NCBI RefSeq assembly: GCF_018977255.1
Contig: NW_024704743.1
Location: forward strand, 55,244,001-55,308,000
Direction of reading: 5' to 3'
Source: Callorhinchus milii
Lineage: Eukaryota
Length of the DNA stretch: 64,000 nucleotides
The notes under the pieces were generated by a model. The model made no database searches. It was not told the DNA's origin and saw only the letters and a program-made list of their open reading frames with translations. Every line of letters starts with the position of its first letter. Position 1 is the first letter of the stretch. Of the stretch, positions 37,230-49,522 are shown piece after piece. Position numbers and translations under genes: made by a program.

Positions 37230-38772
37230 GACCAGAGAGTGTACATACATAAGGTAACCTGCTGGGCTGCACTTACACTGTTTAAATGTTTTATGGTTAC
37301 ACTCCAAGCAGCCTCAGTACATGAACTCATTCACTTTTAAATGCATGCATACTTAGGAAAGCGCCCAGCAGAGCATGGTTTATTCAGATGGCACAATCAA
37401 AAGCAATAGGTTTTTAAGCAGGTTTTGAAAACACAGAGTGGAGTCATGGTGAAGAGAGTCGCAACTCTACTGATGAGAACTGTGCTGAGCGAACACCATC
37501 TCAGAGTCCTTCTGATTCCTCCCCAATTTCAAAGCCTACCTCAACTTATCTCTTTGACCGCACTAGGTCATTTTGCCCCCTCCCCCTAATCCTTTTTAGG
37601 TCCCAAGCGCGCCCCCACCAACCACCACACTTCCAGGCTTAAGTGTCCAACCAGCTGTGCAAAGCACTTTGAGACGTTCTCCAGATGTGAGAGGCTATAT
37701 AAAAGTAAATTGTATTTTAAAAGAGATTTCCAGAGGGTAGGGACAAAGTAGGGTGTAGTGGGTGGAGGACATAAAGGAAGCCAGATATGTTGGAGCTAAG
37801 GAGGTGTGTAGGGGAGAAACAATACAGGGATAAAAGAATTGGGGTGCTCAAAGGGTTAAGGACTTTAGATTCAGCAGAACGATGCAATGTACAGATGCAT
37901 TAGCATATGTTATATGAAATAATATTGGCTTCCATATCCAGCTAACCTACATTACATGTGTTTGCTATCTATGTAGACTCAATGGTATACTTTTACCCTA
38001 AAGTAAAATTTTCTCCAGATGCAGCCACCAGGTTATGGAAAGATATGAATCTATGAAAGGGATTCAGAAAAGGCCGACTAAAACAAGTCCAAATTTTTAA
38101 TCATGAGCTAAATAGAGAGCCTAGAAGAAGCAGATGAATCATTCAGAGGGGAAATTGAATTGATTGGGTGCTGAAGCAGGCTTACGATTGTAGTTTGTGC
38201 CGTGCTTTTTCCTTTGAAACACGGAATATAAATCAGAGAAGAAAACATTATCCAAAAGGAAATCGCACAGGGGACTAGCTTCAGAGAAGGTGGATTTGGC
38301 AACACCTGGATTTGCAACGCTGCAATTTAAATGTTGGGGAAACTGGTTGCACAGCTGTTTCTTTATGAAAACTAACACAATTGACTAAAGCCCTAACCTC
38401 TGAAAATAATGTCCCCTTTATACTGTGGTTCTGGAGGCACAAATGAAGGGGCTGCTGCAATTCAAGCCGCTGCTGATACTTTGTATCCGGACATCTGGGG
38501 CGCACTTGTGATAGAATGCCATGTAACTGTCAAGATGATGCAAGTTGTTTGCACAATTGTAAAGCTGCGTTAGAAATATACTTCTCTGTTACTGAAATAA
38601 CATTAAGGCAGGTCTCAAGATGTATCTAATTCACCATGGTTTTAGCCATCTTTCCCCTCTCTACACCACCCGCTCCCACCCCCAGGTCAGGTCTCCATCC
38701 AGAACTGTGCAGCACTTTGATACAATGTGAGAAGCACTATGTAAATATGAATTATATTGTATTGATGGAAGA

Positions 38773-38868
38773 CAACAACAACAACAAGATTTCATTTATA
38801 GAGCGCCTTTCACGTCGGGAGGACGTCCCAAGGTGCTAGACAGTTGGGTCAGGACCCGAGCAGGGGGC
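38773..38868 (-). mobile_element. Short L2 3' end
   Basis: (AAC)n AGATTTCATTTATAGAGCGCCTTTCACGTCGGGAGGACGTCCCAAGGTGCT. Confidence 0.8.
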
Positions 38869-39849
38869 AATACAGTAAATACACTTGAATATTACTTTGT
38901 TCCTGGCCTATTCCCCAAGTCTGACACTGTTATTTGGTGGGTAGTGAAGATTGCAAATTTAAATTTCTAATAAGATTTTGTTTAATCATTACGATTCATT
39001 GTGATTTGTGTTTTTATGATATCAATTGTTCACTATAGCATGAAATGTCACTTGTTTTAGTGTCAACTCTTTTTATTAGAAAGTTTGGTTTCCTGTATAA
39101 GAAGGGAATGGAAGATCTGACTCATGTTAGGTTCGCTCAAATTCACTGAAGGGTTTCTCATTGCCTCTAGCAAAGCTTGCAATGTTAAAACACCATAAAA
39201 GAGAAATCTTCAGAGCTACAACCCCCAGCCAATACAGCCAACAGGATCAAACGACTGAAAAAATATCATTTTGCCTTCCAGGATGTTGAACTAGAGATGG
39301 TTGAGGGATGATATAAGATCATAAGATTGATTTGGAAGAAGAAGGCCCTTTGGCCATCTGACCCCATGCCTCAAGTACACTGGCCCCATTGACCTACCAT
39401 TACAGCATGAAACTCATTTTTTTCTTCCTGGCCTCAACCATCCTTCCTAGCAACCTGTCCCGGATGCTAATTACCCTCGGGGTAAACAAAAACTTTCTGG
39501 TATCCATCCTGAAATTGCTCTTCATCCTTATGTCCTCTTGCTCATGAAGTGTTTAAGATAATGAAAAGGTTTGAGAGAATTAATTATGAAAAACTCTTTC
39601 CTCTGTTGGGCAATTCGAGGACAAAAGTATGAATTCAAGGTTTTAAATATGTGAAGAAGAGATCTTTGTAAGATCTTCCATATCAGGATATGGAATAATT
39701 TGTCAAGGGTGACTGTTAGACCTTTGGGGCATTTAAACAAGAATTGGACAAACACATACACAAAGGGTACAGGGAAAGATTGAAGAACTGGGATGAGGAT
39801 GGGTGGCTTCTTGGTGGAACAAACACCAACCAAAAAAAATGGGGTGTAT

Positions 39850-40130
39850 TGACAGCACTGTCTGCTTATGCAGCTAAGACTACCATAGCTATTTGGACTT
39901 TGATTTGCAGAGCTAATTGGGAAGGATGCAGGTCTGCCCTGTAGATGAGGCAGGTTGGCTGGTCTTTGATCAGCAGTGAACTGGAGTACTGCATATCCTG
40001 GCACAGGAACCTACACAACCGATGTGAGACCACCGCAGAGGGTTGGCTCAATTCTGACATTCCGTTCCAAACAAAGTCACCTTGGAGCCAGCTCAGCCCA
40101 AAGGTCATCCCGCCTAACCTCCCTTCCAAG
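39850..40130 (-). repeat. Unclassified interspersed repeat, copy 2
   Basis: Reverse complement contains CCAAGGTGACT (as at 47474), GGAATGTCAGAATT and GTTCCTGTGCCAGG..TGCAGTACTCCAG (as at 53222-53253). Confidence 0.65.
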
Positions 40131-40289
40131 TCCATCCATATCAGAAAATAAATTCTTAAATAATAATTTTCGATTACAGTGGGAGCACATTTGATGCTCC
40201 GAGATGCTATGCTGTGTGAAGAGCTGTGTAAAAATCAAGTTGTTGTTGTTGGTAACAGAATGTGCTTTATGTATTCATGTATGATGTGG

Positions 40290-41020
40290 ATCTGGTGGAA
40301 GTGGGCAATGTGACCAGAGGTGGGGGAAGGCAGAATGGGTCATGGCACAGATGTGGGTTTATCAGACAGTTGAGGGTTGAACAAGACACCAAGGTTCCGT
40401 ACTGGCTTAGTGAGGTGGAGTGTGCTGGCAGGAGCCAAGCAAGAGGGCCTCGGTCTTGCCGACATTCAACTGGAGAAAGTTAGCTCTCATCCAGGATTTG
40501 ATGTCTGACAGACAATACAGCAGAATAGACAACAGTGGTCCTGGAGTTGATGGTGTAGCCAGAGAGATAGAGTTGGGTGTCATCCGCATACATGTAGAAG
40601 TTGAACCCATGTCTGCGATGAGCCTGAGGGAATGGCACATAGTGCAAGGGCTGGAGGAGAAGCCGTTGATGGATATAAAGTGGAGATGATGGGAAAGTTA
40701 AGAGCTAAACCAGGCTAGGACAGGACCATGACGTTGGAGATGAGAGGAGAGGTGGTGGTGAAAAATAGAATGGTCAACAATATTGAAGGCGGCAGAGAGA
40801 TCAAGAGGATGGGGTGACTGTTTCTGTACTATGGGCAGCACGTAAACCACATTAGAAAGGTTCATACAGGGAGTGTCGGGAGAGGAAAGAGAAAAGCTAG
40901 GAAGCAACAACTCCTTCCAGAACCTAGGAAAAAAAGGAAGGTTGGAGATCAGATGGTACTTAGAGAACATAGATGGGTCAAAGGGAAAGTTTTTTGAGGA
41001 TGAGGGTAATGATGGCACCA
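40290..41020 (-). mobile_element. L2 ORF2 RT fragment
   Basis: ISNLPF, LDLSAAFNIVDHSI, a 'YADD'-type remnant, CLSDIKSWMRANFLQLNVGKTEALLLG. Confidence 0.9.
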
Positions 41021-44000
41021 TACAATGAAATGACTAGAAACAACACACAAAAGATTTTGTTCCTTTTTTTCAGATATAATGAACACATTTTAAGTTCAGC
41101 AGAGTGTTTAGACTGTATAGACAGACTTATTTAAGCTATATCAATAAAATCTGCATTTTACCAATTAAAATTCAAAATTCAAACTTTCACAATCAATGTT
41201 TTGCATGTGTGTGTATGTGTAGTGGGGGAGCATTATATTGTATTTGTGAGGAATTAGAATTGTTTTTCAGTTTTTGACCTTTGCAAGGGTTTTCTGTAAC
41301 TATGCAATATAACCAATAGAATAAATTAACCTGTTTGACTACTGAGCTCAACAATATAAACTTAATCAATTCTGTCATTATCTTATTAGTCTTATATCAG
41401 GAGCAACAGAAATTGTAGATTCTACTGAAGTAATTATCATTGCTGAGCTGTCCTCTTGACGTTAAAGGTGTTATATAAATGTAAATTGTATTTACATTTG
41501 TGATGATTTTCCTGCCAACTCCCACTAGATTAACAGAATACTGTACTTTCTTTTAGCGGTATTCTCAGCAGGTAAAACAGGTTAGCGTAGGGTTAGAATC
41601 AGCTGAACCCAAACCAGGATTGAACAAGAATGCCTCTATGATTCACCAATGAGGTATCAGGAAGTATTTCTTCACACAAAGAATAGTCAGAATGTTAACC
41701 GGTAACCAGCGAGAATAACAGAAGCTAGGAAACTCGCCTCATTTAAGAAATAGCTCAATACTGTTATGGGAAGGTGGTTGAGTTTTCTTGAGGTCAAATA
41801 CCATGAAAGGGCCTTCTTTGCCTGAACCTCTCATATTCCTCGAGTTAGTGCAAGAGTGTCGTGAGCAGAGCAACAGTGACTTGACAAATAACTGTATCCT
41901 GCTGACTTATTGTGCACAGGATTCTTTGGGGATAAGTATGGAAGGTACCAGTCAAGTGGAAGTTTAACGCAGAGGTCACCTTTGCTGTCGCTATCAGGGC
42001 ACTATAAATATGAGCCTGATATTTAAAATCCTCCTTCAGTTCAAACAGGTTTCTCATATTTGCCAAACCAGCATATGTCAAACCAATCAGTAAGACTACT
42101 TTGACATCTTTGTATCCCGAAGGATGCTTCTCTTCCTGATTTTTCAGAATGATTCTACCATCAGTTTTAATCAACTGTTTTGAAACCAGCAGGTATTTTA
42201 TGCCATATAACATATGCCATTATTTTATTACTATATAATGGAGTAAAAATTCTAATAGAAGTCATAGACGTTTAACGCATTTGGTGAATAAAATGTGTTC
42301 CATTTCTTTTTTTTTATCATTGGCCATAACCAAGGAATGGAATGCCTTTGGGAAATACTGCAAATTTGATCCTATATTGTATCAAAAAAACTGCATTAAT
42401 ATATGCTCACAATTTGCATTTTACACACAAAAACAACAAAAAAAGGGGTTGAAAATTCCCAAACACATGCTTCGTGCAACGAATTCTAACTACAATCCCG
42501 TCAATTCCCGAGACCTCTGCTCTGGTCCAAGATCACCTCTAAGTGGACTTCTCGGGGTTCAACATGTGATGTTCATGAAATTGCATACACGTGAGTGCTT
42601 TATGTCCTGAAACACTTATAATGGCATTCACACATTTATGTTGTAGCCCACCTATTCAAGCACTGGTTCAAACTCTGCCTTTCGTTGAGAAACATAATAC
42701 CTCATAATTATAATCTTTGAATTTGATGTAGCATCTTTGACATCAGAAGAGCATCTCAAAGCTTCAAAGGATTTACTGTTATAACTATAATAAGAATAAT
42801 CCTTGAATATGATATAATCCTTTTCATGCCAAGAGGATGTCTTAAATTGTTTCACATGATGTACTGTAAAGTGTAGTGACTGTATTGTTATAGGTGAATC
42901 AAGCAGCCAGTTTTTGCACAGCAATATACCACAACCAGCCGCAAAGTAAATTACCAATTTTATACGTTGCAAACCATGGCACGTTGCAAAGTGCATTGAG
43001 ATGTTTTGTAACAAAAATGTAGCCTTGGAGTTTACTATTATTTCCTTATTTCCACACACATTACTCCTTTAATTAAAAACACCTCCACAAGACAGGAATG
43101 TACAGATTAGAATTACACCCCAGGCAGGTTTGATTCACTTTTGGCTCACTTCTGTTGACTTCTCGCACTGCCTATCAGGGAAGGATGTGTAAATTAATGA
43201 AGGTAGAATGTTGTTTTAAGAATATGACTTAACAGCCCCAAATCACGTCCATCAATATCTTTTGAAATGCCTTGTACTGTAGCAATGCTGTCAGAATTCT
43301 GACAGTGAGAAGTACCATGGTAGCAAAGTTTGATTCTTAAACTAAAGAGTAGCATTTCAGGTCTTTTCACTTAAAAGATCAATTATTTTTTTTGCGAAGA
43401 ACACGACTACATTCTCCAGCCAAACAGTAAAACCACCGAGCACATGGTGTGACTCAGGCACTGATGAAAAGACAAGCTCAAGTTCCTTGTCTGCCCAAGT
43501 GCCGCCAGCATCTCAGTATGAGAACAGGACAAAAAAAACCATTGTGCGCAGAGCTGATGGATGCCTTTGATGCTCCAGGACCCTGATTGGCAGCTTCTCA
43601 AGCTTCAAAGTCATGTGGTCTGAGATGTGAGGGTTGATGGATGGCGACGAGGTCTGCTCTTTGGGGTGCCTTTTGGCAGGAAGAGGGCTGGCTCGGAGCC
43701 CGCTGGGTAAACAGTCCCCCAAGCACTGTTTGAATGCTCTCCTTACAGTTCTTTCATAACATAACTCTATTGAATGGGAGGGGCTGTTGTGATTGATTGC
43801 ATGGTAGGAAATGACTCTCAGCTGTCTACACACAATCCTGTAACCTGTCACAATTAACAAGATGCAGCTTTGCTCACTCCCACAAAACTTTAACTCTTAG
43901 AGATCCAGACATCCCTTGCGGTTCTCTGTGCAATAGGATTGTATCGAACCTGAGTCGCAATGTTAAGTCGGAATAAGAAGTTGGCTCTGCTTTCTCTACT

Positions 44001-44942
44001 GATTGCTGCTGTTTTCTTATTCCATTGGGATCAGAGTAACATTTGAAATAGAACGGCTCAGTTTGCAGCCTCACAATAGAGGTCCACCTACCAGCCCTCA
44101 CACTAGAACAGCTAAACAGGCATTTTCTAATCATATTCTATGTCTATGTCAATTTAGTCCCTCAATTCACAACTGTTTGTGGACACTGTTGTGTGCAATT
44201 GGTTGCTGCATTTCGTCCACAAAATATACAGTCAATTCAATTTACAGTATATTCTGTGAAGCACTTTGAGATGTTTCGAAGATGTGATAAGGCGCTAAAC
44301 AAATGCAAGGATTATTATTATTGTAACTGTTCTGTAGTTCTGCACAGGCAGATTTTTGAATAACAAGAGATCTGTATATTCTTATTAGCCAACCGCAACA
44401 ATCCTATAGCCTGGGGGTGGGAGGGGGAGGAGCGGTGGAAGGGGTGAAGAGCACTGAATGTTTTCTTAGGATATGGCGCTCAACTATAATCATAAAATAA
44501 TGGGCCTACTCTTTCCTGCAGAGAGACTGACTGAGATGATAGGTACAGACAGACACGTGGATGGTAATCTGTCCGAGTGCACACCTCCCAAACTGGCTAA
44601 AAAATTTACTCGTATCCAGAAAGGAGTGAATTACAGGGGTATGGGGGAAGAGCAGGTGAAAGGGACTGAAAAGTTTGCTCTTAAAAAGAGCCAGTACAGG
44701 TATCATGGGCCAGATGGTCTTCGCCTGTGCTATAAATTTCTATGGTTCTATCTTCTAAATTATCATGACTCAATGTGCCTGGTACATTGTTATCATGTGA
44801 AAAAATAAACCCATAGATGAAGGACATTCCCACCAGTGAATAACATGATAAGGATAGCATTACCTCAGCTCTTAATACTGACTGATTCAACCCATGCAGT
44901 TGCAAAGGGCATGTCAGTAGCTGTAGAATTTTGATGTTCTTG

Positions 44943-44989
44943 TTAATGATTAATATACCAAATTTAATGATTAATATACCAAATTTAAT
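44943..44989. repeat. 21-bp tandem duplication
   Basis: TTAATGATTAATATACCAAAT x2 plus TTAAT. Confidence 0.85.
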
Positions 44990-45574
44990 TCCAAGTCGAT
45001 AGTCGGTTGAGCAAATATTATACCTAAAACACAACATTTCATAAAACACTAAAGTAACAAATGTAGGTGAAGGTTTAATTAAAGTTAATGCTGTCTGTAG
45101 AGGATTATTTATAGGAAGGAAAGAGAAAGTAGTATATGTGGAGGATATAAATAAGTAAGTTTTTAATGATACAAATAATAACAATGCTTGCATTTGATAT
45201 AGAGCCTTATCACATCTTCGATATGAGGCTCATTTCCTTCACAGATAATATAAGATTTACATTTAGATTTAATCAGACCTTACATTCACTATCACTCATC
45301 ATTTTTAAGGCCTGGACCCCCCCACAGCACATATTAGTATACATACTCTTTGAGACCTTCTTCCTGTATGAAAGGCTCTACATAAATGCAAATAGATGTT
45401 GCTAATGTGTTCAAATTCAATTACCCAAGAAACCAAACCTCTCTGTCATTCATCATAACAATAATAATTTTTGCATTTGATATAGCGGCTTATCAGACTG
45501 AAACATCTCAAAGTTTTATCTTTCATGGGGGCGGGGGGCAAGTGGGGAGGAGAGGGATGTAATAAACATGTCTG

Positions 45575-45790
45575 CTTGGAGCTAAGATGCTTGGCAACAC
45601 AATGTGGCATTCGAGTCATTGAGTGGGTCCGCAGTACTGCAAGACACTGCTGATGACAGATGAACCAGCCCTGGGGGCAGGGATTCTTTCAATCTTGTTC
45701 CTGTTAACCCTGCAAGTCAAATCCCAAAAGGATAGGATGGGCCGAGCTGGACAAGTAGCGGGCAGTGCTCTCAAAGATAAGATAAGCTCT
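45575..45790 (+). repeat. Unclassified interspersed repeat, copy 3
   Basis: GCAGGGATTCTTTCAAT at 45677-45693 is identical to 53331-53347; GTCCGCAGTACT also shared. Confidence 0.65.
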
Positions 45791-46567
45791 CACCAACCTG
45801 AACCTAATAATCTCTGGAATAAGGTAAGTAGGAGAAAGTACATTCCATTCCAGACGTAGGAACATTTTACGTGTAGTATGTGATACATCTAGTATGTGAA
45901 ACTCTCAGTCTGGTTTAGATATGTTTCAGGATGGTGATGGGTTTCTGCAGGTGTCAAACACTCAACTAACTAAAAAAAATTGATCAGTTAAAGTTCAATT
46001 CTGCAAGTCTATTCTCAGAATTGGAGCCCTTAGTTTAAGAGGCTTCCTCAATGCTCTTCTCCAAATACTTTCCAATGCTCCAATGTTGTTTTAATGGAGT
46101 TGTGACCAAAATTTGATTGCCCAAGAAAGCAAATCTCTCTGTTGTTCATTATAACAATAACAATTCTTGCATTTGATATAGCAGTTTATCATACTGAAAC
46201 ATCTCAAAGTCCGTCAGTTTTTTTTAAAATGGTGATTAGTACTTGTGGGTGACTCTGGAATTTTGTTGTGAAACTGGGAAATAACCTATTGAAAGTTTAA
46301 ATAATGCCTATAATGATGCGGGTTTACATGTGGAATTGTATTGCGATGCCGTCAGTAACACAAACAACAGAGCTTTGTGATAAGACATGACAGAATCTGC
46401 TCTTTGGCAGGATTCCCATCAGCTCAAGTGACTTACTGTAAGGTCCAAATGAAAGCGATCAAACCAGGAAGAGGGAAGAAGAAAAGGGTTCATGAGGGAT
46501 GTATCCTAAGCTTGGGAATACCTTTCTGATGCTGGGTGATAGCCTGATGAAACTGGGGGTTTTCTGA

Positions 46568-46760
46568 GTAATAATAATAATAGTTCTTGCATTTGATATA
46601 GCACCTTATCACGTCTTCGAGATATCTCAAAGCGCTTCACAGAATATGCTATCACGTGAATTGACTGTATATTTTGTGGGCAAAACACGACAGTCAATTG
46701 CACACAGCAATGTCCCACAAATAGTCGTAGATTAAGTGACCAAATTATTATTATTATTAT
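46568..46760 (-). mobile_element. SINE 3' half
   Basis: Matches 56110-56290 (CTTGCATTTGATATAGC..CAGCAATGTCCCACAAA). Confidence 0.85.
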
Positions 46761-47349
46761 TTATTTATATGTCAATTTTCTCACTTTTAATTTTGAAATC
46801 GTAATAGGATTTAACTATAATGGTAGGATTTCTGACAATAATTCTGTGGTGAGATCTGTGATAGAACAAACACATTTTTGTTGAAATTGAGGATATGTTT
46901 TTCATATTATCGACAATGTTTTTGCTATATTTTGGATGACTGCAGCCTCTCATTCTTTCCCAATACTTCAAAACTCCCTCAGTCTTTCCTTTCTGCATAA
47001 ACCTATAGGTTGAATTTTAACAGTTTGTCAACAGGTCTGCAGGGAAATCTTATATCTCCAGGATTAGCACCCAGTATATTTTCATCTCAGATATACTGAA
47101 AGATGCACAAATATTACAATAATAAAGCTGTTTCAAATCAAGATATAAAGTGCTAAAATACATGTTTAAAAAAAATATAAATGAAGCACTTTAAATATCT
47201 GGGCATTTCTCCAATCATTCATTTCCATCTATTAATCTTTATCCAGTCTCATTTCATACTATAATACTGTTTGTTTTCTACTTATTTTCTTCTTTTGTCT
47301 CCCATTGTCGACGTTAGAAAGTGGGAACAACTTTATTAAAGATATCTAT

Positions 47350-47640
47350 TATTGGTTGAAAGCCAGGTTTTAGATAGCCTGCGTGTGTCAAATGTCCAAT
47401 AACAACCAGTGACTATCCTCTTTATGGGCAACTAAGTGGGGTGTCTCTGGGGAAAATGTCAGCGGGCTTCCTTCCAAGGTGACTACTGAGGCTCCAACAG
47501 AATGTTGGAATCCAGTCAATCTTGTGTAGCAGTCTCAGTTGTCTAGTTCCTGAGTGTCTGTAGTAATCCAGTATTGATGACAGACCAACTCGCCCTGCAC
47601 TTCAGTAAGGACTAGAGGGGCGTTCACTGGGGGTATGCAT
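47350..47640 (+). repeat. Unclassified interspersed repeat, copy 4
   Basis: GTGACTATCCT (47409) and GAATGTTGGAATCCAGTCAAT..GCAGTCT..AGTTCCTGAG are colinear with 53088-53230. Confidence 0.6.
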
Positions 47641-48624
47641 TCTGACCAAAAAGAAAGTCAATTTTAAAGACAATGAGAAGATCAAACATGGAAGATTAAT
47701 ACAATTGATTCACAGATTTGAACAATTAAACATTTGAAGTAAATATTGGGTCAGAAACAGAAAAGTGGAGTCATGAATGAGTAACCTATTAGTCCTCAAA
47801 GAAAGATTGGTCATGGATCAATGAACCTCTCCGCAGCATTCTGAGAGTTAAAACTCAAACTTGATATCACCAAATCACTCCTCTGTGCTTCATAGTACAG
47901 GCAGGTTATAACATGCTTCTTTGCAGCACAAATTTAATTATAACACAGTTGTACTGTGGATCCCATTCACCGTGCATGTGTGCCGCCCTGCCCACTCACT
48001 TCCCGCCTGGTTGCTTGATGCTGCACTAAAATGTCCAACTTTCAGGATATTAGATATGCTGCCAACCTCACTTCCTGTTTATTGCGCATATGGAAAGTTG
48101 TAAGTGACATTGATGGCAACTGGAAGACCCTGAATTTATTAGCACATGAACCCGCTGCTGTGCATGGAGTAATTTCGTAGACCCTAATCGCAGCAAAATC
48201 CAAAACGTATTCAGCATTCGGCACACCAAGCTTAATATATTTTTTTATTTTGCCACCTTTTGGGATTCATAAAAAGCAAAATATTTGCAAACCAAAAGTC
48301 TCAGCTAACGTATTGCATTTGTTCTGCGGCTCTCTCAGATTAGACTCAAATGTGCAGGCTTTTAAACATACCTAATCGTTCTTGTTTATTTGCCTGTTAC
48401 TCTTTTGTTCTTCGTGGATCGCTGTCTTGGTCCTTCACCCAAGTTCTCAATATATAAAAAAAATCTTGGAATAGAACTTTCTGGAATAAGTGTTGATTTA
48501 AAGCAGCAGAAGCGTTTTCATGAGAATTCCCAATTTGCCCAGGATAGTTGGAGCCAACGTATTGTTTTCTTGGCTGGCATCCCTCTTCAGTTTTATTTCT
48601 TCTAGTTTTCCTCACAAATGCTTA

Positions 48625-48727
48625 CAGTTTCTGACTAAGGATTGTGGAACCGAAACATTGATTCACTTTCCTCTCCATAGATGCTGTCTGACCTGCTGAG
48701 TTTTCCCAGCTACTTCTGTTTTTGCTT
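48625..48727 (+). mobile_element. Penelope-like element terminal-repeat fragment with a decayed hammerhead core
   Basis: CTGACTAAGG..CCGAAAC..TCTCCATAGATGCTGTCTGACCTGCTGAGTTTTCCCAGC..TTCTGTTTTT resembles the common chondrichthyan Penelope-type terminal repeat as I recall it. Confidence 0.65.
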
Positions 48728-49129
48728 ATAGTACATGTTTATTCTAATACTTATTGGATAAAAAACAAGAAAATATTTATATTGTTCTGATAAATAAAGA
48801 ACTTTATTTTTGGACTGTGCATTTGTCTGCATCTGTTTTGTGGGTTATTTTATGCAGCAAAGAAAATGAGCGATTATTCACAAGATGACTACAGCAAGTA
48901 TTGTATATAGACCCTGACCACAGATGGTTCCCAAAGGGCATAGTTCCCTGAAATATCTAGACAGCCTTGAAAGCCATAGCTCAAGTCAAAGCCTGTTTCT
49001 CTTTGGAACTCTACAATACTTGTATGGTCTTCTGTGGGTACATTTTCTTGTTGATTGTTTGCATTGTCTCGAATGCAATAGCCAGGGCAACAAGCATCTT
49101 CATCAGAGTCCATTCAATTTTGTAACAAT

Positions 49130-49385
49130 AAATAATAATAATGTTTGCATTTGATGTAACTATTTTCACAATGGGAGGACATCTCAAAGAGCTTCACATG
49201 ACACACTGTAAATTCCAGTGACTGTATTTTGTAGGTGAACGAGGCAGCCAATTTTCCACAAAGAAATGTCCCACAAACAAGTGTGAACCAGTTTTATCTG
49301 GGGGATTGTTGGTTAAGACACCAGGAAGAACTCCCTTTTCTTTTCGATTAGTACCATGGGATCTTTAACATCCACCTGAAGAGGC
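49130..49385 (-). mobile_element. Deu-domain SINE 3' part
   Basis: (AAT)n TTGCATTTGAT tail; GACACCAGGAAGAACTCC; CCATGGGATCTTTAACATCCACCTGAA. Confidence 0.8.
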
Positions 49386-49404
49386 AAATTTTGGTTTCCA
49401 AAAC

Positions 49405-49522
49405 AATATACATTTTTATTTATATAGCGCATTTCATGGTGGGAGGATGTACTTCAAATGCTTAACAATACTGGCTGTGCAACTGAACTGAGGTTGGGAC
49501 ACGAGGGTGATGGGGAGGGGAA
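49405..49522 (-). mobile_element. L2 3' tail hosting the CR1 insertion; continues at 52078-52130
   Basis: ATTTATATAGCGCATTTCATGGTGGGAGGATGT; right half ATGACCAAAAGTGCAGTCAAAGAGATGGGTCTTGAG matches the intact L2 at about 11730-11780. Confidence 0.7.

Noticed and set aside
35352..37340. Paired similar plus-strand ORFs (35352 and 36671/37032) as duplicated genes
   Set aside because: They are antisense readings of the two Tx1 3' UTR copies.
43288..43305. Perfect 18-bp palindrome CTGTCAGAATTCTGACAG
   Set aside because: About 0.25 expected per 64 kb by chance (64000/4^9), with no supporting context.
41845..45193. ORFs of 110-170 aa (41845, 42652, 43513, 44681)
   Set aside because: No domain motifs; several overlap SINE fragments or a tandem duplication.
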